A stretch of DNA of 64,000 bases from Amoebophrya sp. A120 (lineage: Eukaryota; Protista; Dinoflagellata). Position numbers and translations under genes: made by a program. The notes under the pieces are model-generated. The model saw only the letters and a program-made list of their open reading frames with translations. It searched no databases and was not told the DNA's origin. This document shows positions 35,761 to 47,254 of the stretch, piece by piece. How positions within the stretch are numbered: position 1 is the first letter of the stretch; the number at the start of each line of letters is the position of its first letter. The stretch covers positions 5,920,788 to 5,984,787 of the forward strand of contig CAJINV010000001.1 of NCBI GenBank assembly GCA_905178155.1, in the 5' to 3' direction.

Positions 35761-38700
35761 ATGACCGGCTACGTGTCCACAGACAAGAAGATGACGGCAA
35801 AAAGCGCAGCAGCAGAGAGCAAGAAGAAGATGAAGGAGGTCGAGGCCCAGGAGAGCGCGTCTACCAGCGACGACGAGTCCTCCAGTAGTTCGGCGGAAGC
35901 GGCCCCGGCCGCGAAGGTGGTCGTGCAAAAGCCGAAGGCCAAGGTCGCTGCCCCGGCGGCGAAGAAGGACGAGTCCAGCAGCGAGGAAGAATCGACTTCG
36001 GACGAGAAGAAGCCCGCCGCCGCGGCTCCGAAGGCCAAGGCAGCCGCTGCTGCGGCGAAGAAGGAGGAGTCCAGCAGTGAAGAAAGCTCCAGCGAAGAGG
36101 AGGAGAAGCCGGCGGCCACTGCGAAGGCCAAGGCCGCGCCGGCGCCTGCTGCCGTCGCAGCGAAGAAGGACGAGTCCAGCAGCGAAGAAGAGTCTTCGGA
36201 AGAGGACGAGAAACCCGCTGCTCCGAAAGCCAAAGCGGCACCAGCTACAACTTCCGTGAAAAAAGAAGAATCCAGCAGCGAAGAGGAGTCTTCGGACGAA
36301 AAGCCTGCCCCGAAGGCGAAAGCAGCGCCCGCGCCTGCAGTTGCTGTTCCGGCTAAGAAGGAAGAAGAATCCAGCAGCGAGGAAGAGTCTTCCGAAGAGA
36401 AGCCGGTTGCGAAAGCAAAAGCCGCTCCTGCAGTCGTTCCGGCTAAGAAGGAAGAAGAATCTAGCAGCGATGAAGAGTCTTCCGAAGAAAAGCCGGCTGC
36501 CAAAGCAAAAGCCGCTCCTGCAGTCGTTCCGGCTAAGAAGGAAGAAGAATCCAGCAGCGAGGAAGAGTCTTCCGAAGAGAAGCCGGTTGCGAAGGCAAAA
36601 GCCGCTCCTGCTGCAGCACCGGTAAAGAAAGAGGAGTCGAGCAGTGAAGAAGAATCCTCCGAGGACGAAAAGCCGGCTGCTCCGAAGGCAAAAGCGGCCC
36701 CGGCTGCTCCGGCTAAGAAGGACGAGTCTAGCAGTGAAGAGGAATCTTCTGACGATGAGAAGCCGGCACCAAAGGCTAAGGCCGCGCCAGCTCCGGCTAA
36801 AAAGGAAGAATCTAGCAGTGAAGGAGAATCTTCTGACGATGAGAAGCCGGCTGCTCCGAAGACAAAAGCGGCCCCGGCTGCTCCGGCAAAGAAAGAAGAA
36901 TCTAGCAGTGAAGAAGAATCTTCAGAGGAGAAGCCGGCACCAAAGGCGAAGGCCGCGCCAGCGCCAGTAAAGAAGGAAGAATCTAGTAGCGAGGAAGAAT
37001 CTTCTGAGGATGAGAAGCCGGCTGCTCCGAAGGCAAAAGCGGCCCCGGCTGCTCCGGCAAAGAAAGAAGAGTCTAGTAGCGAGGAGGAATCTTCTGATGG
37101 TGAGAAGCCGGCTGCTCCAAAGGCAAAAGCGGCCCCGGCTGCTCCGGCTAAGAAGGAAGAATCTAGTAGTGAAGAGGAATCTTCAGAGGAGAAGCCGGCA
37201 CCGAAAGCGAAGGCTGCACCAGCGCCAGTAAAGAAGGAAGAGTCTAGTAGCGAAGAGGAATCTTCGGATGATGAGAAGCCGGCTGCTCCGAAGGCAAAAG
37301 CGGCCCCGGCTGCTCCGGCAAAGAAGGAAGAATCTAGTAGCGAGGAGGAATCTTCTGATGAAAAGCCGGCACCGAAAGCGAAGGCCGCACCAGCTGCGGC
37401 GAAGAAAGAAGAATCTAGTAGCGAGGAGGAATCTTCTGACGATGAGAAGCCGGCTGCTCCGAAGGCAAAAGCGGCCCCGGCTGCTCCGGCAAAGAAAGAA
37501 GAGTCTAGTAGCGAGGAGGAATCTTCTGATGATGAGAAGCCGGCTGCTCCGAAGGCAAAAGCGGCCCCGGCTGCTCCGACTAAGAAGGAAGAATCTAGTA
37601 GTGAAGAAGAATCTTCTGACGATGAGAAGCCGGCTGCTCCGAAGGCAAAAGTGGCTCCGGCTGCTCCGGCAAAGAAAGAAGAATCTAGCAGTGAAGAAGA
37701 ATCTTCCGATGAGAAGCCGGCACCAAAGGCAAAGGCAGCACCTGCTCCAGTAAAGAAGGAAGAATCTAGTAGCGAGGAAGAGTCTTCTGATGAAAAGCCG
37801 GCACCGAAAGCCAAGGCCGCACCAGCTCCGGCGAAGAAAGAAGAATCTAGTAGCGAGGAAGAGTCATCGGAGGACGAAAAGCCGGCCCCGAAGGCAAAAG
37901 CGGCACCGGCCCCGGCGAAGAAAGAAGAGAGCAGTGAAGAGGAATCGTCTGAAGACACGGAGCCGCCCGCGAAGAAGGCAAAGATCGAGCAACCGGCTGC
38001 CGCACCCGCCGCTGCACCAGCATCCAAAAAAGAGGAGTCGAGCAGCGACGAAGAGTCTTCGAGCGAAGAGGAACAAAAACCGGCCGCCGCGGCAAAGGCT
38101 AAGGCCGCCCCGGCTCCGGCAGCCAAGAAGGACGACTCGAGCAGCGACGAAGAGTCTTCTAGCGAGGAGGAAAAGAAGCCCCAGACGACCTCCGCCGTCG
38201 CCACAAAAGAGAAGGCCGCTGCGGCGCCCGTGAAAAAGGACGAGGAGTCATCCAGTGGTGAGTCCGATTCGGAGGAGGAAGTCGCGGCCGAGCCGCCGGC
38301 AAAGAAGCAGAAGATCGAGGAAAAGAAGGAGGCTGAGTCCAGTTCTGAGGAGAGCAGTTCCGAGGAGGACAAGCCCGCGGCAAAAAAGGCGGCCGAAACA
38401 ACTCCGGCTGCGGAGGAAAAGGAGGCAGAAGAGGTCGCGGAGCCAGAACACCCCACGAAAAAGCGAAAAATTGACCTCAGCGTCAATTCCTCTGCCGCCG
38501 AAAATAACAACTTCAAGGTAGTTAAGTACTATAAATGCAGTTTTCAGTAACAATTCTAATTCTCGTTGTAGAGCGAAAGCGACCTGCTTTTGCTGCGTCC
38601 TTGGAGCCTGATGCTGCTATGCAAGAGGAGTTTGAAATTGGATGAGATATTGATAAAATCTGAAGCACAAATGAAATTCTGCCACTACACAGGTGTTTGT

Positions 38701-40110
38701 AGGTGGTTTGCCGTGGTCTGCGGACGAAGAAACCGTCCGGAAGGATTTCGAGGAATGCGGTGAGATTGTCTTCTTCAAGGCACTGAAAAAGGAGGACGGA
38801 AGCATGACGGGCATTTGCTTTATCACGTACAAGGATCAGGAGAGCGTCGACAAGGCCTTGGCGTACGACTTGATTCATCTTGTTTCAGTTGATAATGAAA
38901 GTAGATGTAGAACGAAGAGGTCCTGAATTGTAACTGAGGAGTACTTATCTTCCTGCATGAAGAAGGTCAGATAGAGAAACACAACCGTAGTCGTCCCTTC
39001 CGCTGCTCAATATCGTACTTTCTTGAACCAATCAAACAGATTCGATGGAACCGAGTACGGCGGACGGTATATCAAAGTAAACAAGGCGGAAGACAACAGC
39101 AGCAAAGGAAAGGGTAAAAAGGGCGGAGACAACGCTCCGCGAACAGCCAAACCGGAAGGAGGTATTGGGAAACTTTTTTCGGCATTTATTTTGCATGAAT
39201 TGATTGTGTGATCGTAGCCATATGATAAGCCGCGAAGCCGTGCTGCATTCGTGACTAGATATGAACTTACTGCAGCGGGCGCTGCGCGTGAGCCTGTGAC
39301 TTCTAGAGGACATTTTTTGCTGGAAGTTTTTTCGAAACAGCCACATGCGCCGATGAATAAACATCCCAGTTCTGACTGGCAGTCAAATTCTCGCAGTTCG
39401 CTCCGGCTACAGTGTCCTACTTAAACTTCTATTTGGATTTTACATTGCAATATACATCACTGTCGTACTATCGATCCTAGGTCTCACCGTAGTGGTAAAG
39501 CGCTTCAGCAAGGAGATCACCGAAGACGAGATCAAGGAGCATTTCAAGGAGTGCGGCGAAGTATCCGGCTGCCGTATCTGCCGCGACAAGGAAACCGGAG
39601 AGTCCAAGGGTATTGCATTTTTGGACTTCGCGGCCACCGAGGGAACCGACGCCGCGGTGAAGCATAATCGGACTCCCGGTCTCGGCTCGGCGGAACTCAT
39701 CGTGGATTTCTCTGACACCATCAGTGCCTCAGCAAAGGGAAAGGGAAAGAAAGGTAAGTATCTATTTCGCGATCATATTCAAAATTAGAGATTTTTTTTT
39801 CCTATGTTGGTACTAGAGGCAGCACGAGTAAGTACCTGAAAGACGGTAGTGAATGAAGTATGACATCGAGTAGAACATCGTTCGTCAAGCACAGAAAATT
39901 ATGCCATTCCTTCCATACCTTGCAGGGGGTGACGGCAAGAAGGGCAAGAAGGGTGACGGAAAAAAGGGTGACGGAAAGAAGGGCGACGGCAAGAAGGGAG
40001 GCAAGGGTAAGGGCAAGAAGGGAAAGAAGTCTGGTCCCGCCGCTGCGGCCTCCGGCGCTATCGTGGAAGCCACCGGAGCTACGAAAACTTTCGACTCGGA
40101 CAGTGACTAA
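35761..40110 (+). CDS. Nucleolin/Nsr1/gar2-like nucleolar protein (acidic-Ser/Lys repeats, two RRMs, G/K-rich tail)
   Basis: About 900 aa of KKEESSSEEESS-EKPAAPKAKAAPA repeats. RRM1 VFVGGLPWSADEETVRKDFEECGEI...GICFITY; RRM2 ...FKECGEVSGCRICRDKETGESKGIAFLDF. C-terminus ends GATKTFDSDSD*. Confidence 0.85.
35930..38390 (+). repeat. Coding minisatellite (units about 65-80 bp) in the nucleolin-like N-terminus
   Basis: Recurring GAAGAATCTAGYAGYGARGARGAATCTTCTGA...GAGAAGCCGGCTGCTCCGAAGGCAAAAGCGGCCCCGGC units. Confidence 0.9.
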
Positions 40111-40967
40111 AGTTGTGAACGAGACCAATCTATCACTCCGATAAACAAAGAGTTGCATTAGGATAGAACAAAACGGCACGGCATCATCTATGAAAAAGTC
40201 GAGAAATATGGCTACTTACACACAACCGCAAGTAGGAAGAAGACGCCACAATAAAAAACGAACGTTCACAATACTGGAAAACCAGACTGGAACAAGATAT
40301 TTTTTGTTTTGAAAAATAAAGGCACGTGCATCTATTGGAGGTAGGAAGAGGAAAAAGAAAAATTGAACAGTGTGGCGTCTTCAATAAAAACCCGAACCGA
40401 GGAGCTACACAGATCAGACGAACATCGCAGAAATCTTTTTCACCAAGAAAAGTTCTGCCCCTTTACGACTACACAGGCAGACAATTCTTATTGACGCTAC
40501 TGAGCTCCTTCTGTCTTGTGACAGAAGCGAGACAACATCGGAGTAAGAACTGCCATCGCATCATCATGATATGCAAATCGCGCAACTTGCATACCTAGTT
40601 CCTCGCATCTGGACTTTACGAAAAATACGAAAACAGAAACTTCATTTACATCTGGTTTTTGGGAGATGGGAAATGGTGGCGTGCCTTTTGTTCGAGGAAG
40701 TGGTGATAGTAACACTCACGTGCTCCACGTTCTTTTTCTTTCGCGTCAAGAGTAGCTGAACTTGAGTGGAGACAAACACAGTTGATTACGAGAACTCAGT
40801 GCGCCAAAACTTATGAGACGACCACGACAACAAGCAGAGGGACGTGAACTACTTACCTAGTACACTGAGTGAAAACATTTTCACGAAGACTTCGCTGCCG
40901 TGTATAATACAACACGCGATGTAAAAATAAAAGCGAGAGAAGTTTCGTGAGCGAATTCACAAAAACC

Positions 40968-43900
40968 ATGTCAGCAAGATCCGTGTCCCCGGGGAGCCGC
41001 CCGTACGCCCGGGTAGCTTGGAACCCAATTGGCCCGGGCCCTTTTACCCCGCGACTGCAGTATCCGGGTGTGATGACGACCACACCGCGGGGTGTTGTGA
41101 CCTCCACAACCATTGGCGGTGAGTGCCTGCTGGATATTAATGCGAAGATTTTTTAAATATGAATTTTTTCGTTTGTCTACTCTGGTTTTTTTCGTGTGAT
41201 CCGCACAGACCACAAGGACAGAAACCGGGTGTGCTCACAGTACTACTGAGCAGGTGAAATAATCCGATTGGCGTGTTTCTATCAGGTTCTTCCAGTATTC
41301 CGCTCGAACAGGCGGTGGCTTCGAAGATTTTGGCGCAAGCATCGGGTGCCGCGCAGACGCAGTTCGCAGCTGCGCCGGTTGTTTGGACTTCAGCGGCGAC
41401 GAGCGCCACAACAACGAAGTCGACCACGGCGTCCTCTGGGCCAACCAGTTTCGTTCCAACCAAGGTATACTCCGTTCCGGCGCACTACCAGGCGGCCAGC
41501 AGCCTGGCTACGCCGCGAGTGTCGACGCACCAAGTCGTCGGCTCGATGGTGGTGCCACAGCAGCACACGGGCAATCATTCGTCGACGCTGGACAATTCTG
41601 TGGTATCCGTGGCGTCCGCCCGTGGGCGGCGCGATGCAAGCATCAGCGCCACGTTGCGGACGCGGAGCCAGTCCGTGGCCGACCGCTTTGCCATGACGGA
41701 CCTGGACCGGAGCCTAATCACACCGACGTATAGGAATATCGGGGTCCCTGGCTTGTGCGGCAGCTCGCTGGTGAAGCCAGGAACGACCAGAGTGATCGTG
41801 GTAGAGAGGGAATAGTTTCGAGTTTTCTTGCTACTATGCTATGGTCACATGATCTTCCATCAATTCCGTGAAAACGGGCCTCATGTCGTTGTAAAAGAAA
41901 CTCTGACTGCTCGTCATTCTTGTAAAATTTTTGTCAACCAGAACCAAAAATATTGCACAGCGGAAGAGCGAGACGCGGGCGGCTTCTCCGGCACCGACAG
42001 TCAGTGTGTCCGTGCCGACAGCGATTGCGGTGCCACATACCTCGAGCACACGCGTCGCAACTACAGCGGCCACAGTGGTCGTGCCAACAAACTCTAGTAC
42101 CATACCCCACTCGCAGCGCATGGCGTCCACCATTTCTGAGCTGCCGACCCGCGCCTATCACAGCATGAAGTTGGCAAACGGCACCGAGCTCCTTGCCGCG
42201 GCAGCAACAGGTTCTTCGGGGGCTAGTGCCACGACCTCTTCCGCAGCGTGTACCACCACGACTGCTACAACCCCTTCCCGTGTCGTGGTGCCAGCGTCCT
42301 CAGGAGGACCTCCGGCTTCGGCCTACAACATTGTCGAGCCCACCGTTCTTGTGCAGCAGGGCGCGAGCAGAGTGGATGTCGAGGACAAGCAAATGCAGAA
42401 ATTCATGGAAATGAATCAAGGCCACCACCCAGGTGGTGCGGTGCAGCAGTCGACGTCTCTCACCTCCGACAGCACGACAGGGTCTTCGTTGCCTGCGACT
42501 AACCACTATCCACAAGAAACTTCCCGTACACGTACAAATGCAATCTCTGCATGACAAAACTTGCCTTCAATCCTAGTCCAGCATGACAAGTTGGACTCTG
42601 CAAGGTAGCGAAATTTGTCATGCATTTTGTACATGTACAGGAAATTTACATTGCATAACCACGTCTCGAGTTTGGGCAGCGACAAGCAGGGTTTGTCCTC
42701 TCCCGCCATGGTCATGGATACGTCCGCCGTGGAGAAGCACGAGTCTCGCTTCACCTCCGTGGAGGTTTCGCAAAGCCCCGTGCAGCCCGCAGTGAAAACT
42801 ACCAGCAGCTGTGCCTATTCCCCCGACGGCGCGCCGCTCCTGGCCGAAATTGATCTCTTGCGCTCCGAACTGGTCAAGGAACAGAGCGCGCGCAAGCACC
42901 TGGAAGGTGAAATGCACAAACTCGAAGCGCAGGTAGTGCCTAAGATAGATTTAGACCGACGTTCAGGGACGGCTAAGATGTTAATAGCGTTGTACCAGGA
43001 GACTGGATGGACTTTTTCACTTGTTATTTCCAGCCTTGAATGTAAGCCAAGGTTTATTTCAACTGGATCCTGCTGATGCTGAATAAGAAATTGCGCAGCT
43101 GGCTAAACTTTCTGCGGAGTTGGCGTCCAAAGACCTGGGTGGGTCCTGCTCAGGCAGTAAGAGCGAGAAAGAGCACCAGGGGACCGCGAGTACTTCCCTC
43201 TCGCCCACGTCGGCACGAGGGGCCGCGCATACTCATCAATTCACAGACGAAGCAGATTTGGAAATTCAAAAGTATTAAATAGCTGTTATTTGGTGGTTCG
43301 TTATGAGGTTGTGTATTGAAGAATAGATGATACTTGCTCGTTTATTACCCCGTTTTGTTGGGTAATACTACTACTACTACTGTACTCGCGCACTAGGTAG
43401 AAGTCGTAGAATAGATAAAAGCGTCGCCACTTCTTCACACTCTCTCTTCGCGTTGATACATGCAAAAGGACCTCCATGTTCTGAAAACACTTGAGGTACG
43501 TGAAAAAGAATCCCGATTTTCCCTACGCGATCGAGAAGATTGGGCGGGGTCAGTATGTGTTCGGGAAGGAAAAGAAGGAGGTTTTCAAGCGCGGGGCGGC
43601 GCTGCTCGTGCGGGTGGGCGGCGGTATTACAGTGAAATATGCCCCCTCCCCATATCAAAACGGAAATCTGTGATGCAGATTTGTGGTCACAAATCAGCTT
43701 TGTGATGCTGGAAGGCAAAAGATGCGGACTGTAGTGCTGCCTAGCGTGGGAAAGCCTTGCAGCTCCAGGATGACAGGAGGCAACTGGAAGTGGAAAAAAG
43801 CATGACAGATTACCTGTAATTTGGGCCGCAGCTTCGTCTCTTGGCCTTCTAGCAATACAAGTCGATTTGTGTACTCAAATACAGCATCACAAGTTTTCGC

Positions 43901-44328
43901 ATCTTCCGTTTCCGGTATGGGGTAGGGGCTTTTTTCACTTTGATAGGCGGAACGGAGAGCTTGGTGGACTACATGGAGCACCTGCATTATGAAAGTGTTA
44001 GAATCGAAATTGACAAAATCGAAAAACTTGTGATGCATAAAATCGATACCAGTTGGAGCCTCAGTTTCCGAGTGGCTCATGACAAATTTCGGGAGCACCC
44101 AAATCCAGTCTGTCATGCTGTTTGGACAAAGAAGACTGCTCCTGTCATGCTACTCTGGCAGCACACTGCATACCCCTAAACAGGCTTACAGTCGGTCTCA
44201 TTTGCCTGCGTCCCAATGCAGGCCTTCAGTGCCCTACATTTTATGCATCACAAGTTTTTCGATTTTGTCGATTTCGATCCTGACACATCCATATGCATCA
44301 AAAGGGAAGCGTTCGTCAAGCTGCGTGA
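40968..44328 (+). CDS. Low-complexity/coiled-coil protein with C-terminal GAS2 (GAR) microtubule-binding domain
   Basis: After removing the introners at 43625 and 43988: FPYAIEKIGRGQYVFGKEKKEVFKRGAALLVRVGGG|TESLVDYMEHLH|QKGSVRQAA*. VRVGGG-x-x-x-L is the GAS2 domain signature. Confidence 0.78.
42507..42657. mobile_element. Introner family H (151 bp), DR ACCAC
   Basis: TATCCACAAGAAACTTCCCGTACACGTACAAATGCA ... TGCATTTTGTACATGTACAGGAAATTTACATTGCATA. Removal restores ATNH|VSSLGS. Reverse complement of 50042-50192. Confidence 0.92.
43625..43945. mobile_element. Introner family E, reverse orientation (321 bp), DR GGCGG
   Basis: Close reverse complement of 21157-21477; it splits the VRVGGG motif. 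Confidence 0.94.
43988..44293. mobile_element. Introner family D (306 bp), DR TGCAT
   Basis: Close copy of 12343-12649. DR at 43983-43987 and 44294-44298. Confidence 0.94.
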
Positions 44329-45403
44329 TCATGATCAATCACCAGGGATGACGTGTAATAACCAGAAGGAATACATCACTTTTTCTCTACTCTGTGGATT
44401 CTTTTAGTACTTACTATATGAAGGTTCGCGTTCGCCATTGCCGAGAAAGCACATCAGCCGATGCATAGTACTCACACTGTTGAAAATCGCGCCCAGTGGT
44501 CTTGGTAAGCATGGGTTTCAAATTTTTTCAGGTGGGTAACTTTCCTCAATTGTTTTCTCGAGGACATGTTCGACGAAGATCAGGATGTATCCGGTACGAG
44601 AAATCGGTAGCAGGAAAAAAATCGACACGGCATCCAGTCAGATTGATGGAAACGACGCTCACTTGGCCTCGCTTCTTTGACGATGCCGTAACGGAAAAGT
44701 AACCAGTAGAGTCAGATTTTGCAATTTTTTCAGCTGGAAGATGGTGAAACGAAATTCGACCCGTATGTAAGCGATTTACAGGAGCCAACTACGTCTGGCT
44801 TGGCTTATCTGTGCATGTAAGTAGTCATTGTTTTCTAACGAAATCAAATTTATGATATCACGATTATAGAGAAAACGACCCCTGCCAATGCCACGAAAGC
44901 GTACAACTACAACAACACTACGAGCACCCAGAATTGCCTGCATCGCTTACAAAACTTCGAGCTACCGCCCCAGTTTCAAAACTCTCGATTTCATCCCGAT
45001 TCGCATCTTCACGCGAAGGGTATGGGCCTCACCGAATTTCTGACGAAACGGAGAGGGTCCTTCCTTTTCGCTCTAGGCATCAGTTTCTTACTCTTTCATT
45101 TGCGTGTTTTCTCTTCCTTCCCTCGCTGCCACAGAAAAATCTAACGACCAATACAAATTATCTTTTTCATAATTGATTACCAATTTATGCCTATGCCGTC
45201 TGAAAACGATTTTACGGTGGCTCGGCCTCACTTTCGGGCTTCGCTGCATACCTTCGCTTCCATCCGTAGTTTCATTCGATGGCGATGAAGCACCAAAACT
45301 GATCGCAATGCAATTCACAAGAAATGTAAATATTTTATCATATGTCCAGTACGTAGATTCGACGCACGGAAACGTAATATGTAGTGAGGTCACCGAACGG
45401 TTC

Positions 45404-46100
45404 TAACCGGGGAGTTTTTTTGACACCCAGACAGCAAAACGACAGGCAGTTTTCAAGCGGGCGAAAGTGTTTTTTGACGAAAAAAATTTGCACTTATCAA
45501 GCGGCCGGGGCTTTGTTGTCAAACAAGCCCGGTCGAAAACTATCGATTCGCACTTGATAAAACGACGCAGGGGAGCCGGCAAAAGGGGCGCCCTTCTGAG
45601 GCGCCCACCGCCTTGATTTCTGGCGATTTGGGGCGCCCAAAAAGGGGCGCGCAAAAAACGCGCCCAAAACCAGAACAGCGAAACAGCATGGCGCGGCCGC
45701 GATTTCGGAGCATTTTGGGCGGCCGCGAAAGCGGCCGCCTTTTCGCCGGTTTTAGAGCCTGGGAAGCTTTGCAAAAAGCGCTGGCGAGAAATATAAAAAC
45801 GCAAAAAAGAAAAAGCGCGCCAGACGCGCAAAGCCAATCCGCATGCTATGGGCCCGATTTTTCCTCGCTTTTTGGGCGCCCCCCGTGGCGCCAGGATCGG
45901 CCTCATAGCATGTGGGCTGGCTTTCGGAAAGGAATTTCGAAAATCTGCCAAAATTTGCGACGCTTATCAGGCGGCCGCCATACCGTGGGGCCTAACGTTA
46001 CTCACGGCGGTATGGCGGGCCCAGAAAAATCAAAGCCGCGGCCAAGGCGACGGCCGGCAAGAAAACGCCCACGACCTCACTACCTCCGCCTCGGCGGCTA
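45404..46100. other. Intergenic hairpin-rich island (GC stems alternating with A/T tracts), identity unknown
   Basis: GGCGGCCGC-GAAA-GCGGCCGCC at 45718-45739; 29-bp imperfect IR 45830-45858/45896-45924; CCGCCATACCG/CGGTATGGCGG at 45975-45985/46008-46018. Boundaries are approximate. Confidence 0.55.
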
Positions 46101-47254
46101 TACTTGGTATTTATTAATGCCAAGAAAAGTTAGAACTAGAAGTGAAGCCAAATGAACGTCCACACAACTCCAAGCAGAAAGAGGTAAGTCGCATACTATA
46201 ACCAAGAGCGCAGAGTTTAATAGCAGAAATAGACCAGATGGGATAAAAGTACAAGAGCCTAGGACCGCACGCAAGCATTCTCTAGCTCGATTCAAGTCGT
46301 CTTTTCTACACCCGAACACTATGTCAATATTTCTGCTCTGAAACAGAGCAAGCGTTATTTTCAGGTATTTAGTCTTTGTGTTTGTGCTGCTTCGGAGAGC
46401 AGTTCCCCTTCACGAGATTTACTCGTTCGCTTTCTCGCTTTCAAATATGTTCCCCGGCCTATGGCGCGTCGCGGTCGATCAGTCGATTTTCGGACTCAAA
46501 AAGTACAGCATGCGGGACGTTCTTGGGTACCAAGACCTGTCCGCGCGGGTACCGAAGTTGCACACAATCCGCCTTAAAGCTTTTGCTATATCATGCCCGG
46601 TGCTGGCGCATCGTCGGCTGAGGGAGAGTGGTGTCCTTGCTTGCTAGAGTGAATTTTGCAATTTTCCGCACGGCCTCGGTCGCCTCGTCTTCGGAGATGC
46701 TGTAGACGCCGTGTACAGGCAAGGAGAGTCACTATCATGGGAATTTCAGATTTGCTTTCGCTTTGTTTCAAAACAAGGATCCTACGTACCTGTAGTTTCT
46801 TCGGTAAGACGAATATTGGACCTCGTGAGGTCGTAGTTGTCACCAACTTTCTTGCCTCTATGCATGATGCAAGAGCGTCGATTTGGTCGATTTGAATTGT
46901 CGAAATAGTACTTACTACGAGCATCTACAACTATACCGCCCTACTTTCACTATCTATCGTTGTACCATAAATTCGTTACCCGTTGTTCTTCTATCCTGGA
47001 AATAACTGTGCGAGCACTCGCCAGCCTTTGAGGCTGAGTTACAGCGAAGTAACGAACTCATGCGTCAAGTCGTGTCTTCGCAGTTGCATGTGTTGCATGT
47101 GTAGTGTTACAACTCCTGGGATTCGGATTCCACACCAGTTGCTACGTTTGGACGTCGGTCGTGGAGTTAGTTATGGCGAGGAGCACGATTGTTCCTTAAA
47201 GCGGATATTGTCTACTCAGGACGACCACCGCAGTTTGTGCTGTTCCCCAGCACC

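Noticed and set aside
35769-38516. 915-aa minus-strand ORF
   Set aside because: It is the antisense shadow of the repetitive nucleolin-like exon; the + strand joins to RRMs.
45613-46155. Arg-rich ORFs on both strands in the hairpin island
   Set aside because: Composition-driven, with no domain or splice support. A Helitron call was also rejected because no clear TC...CTRR ends were found.
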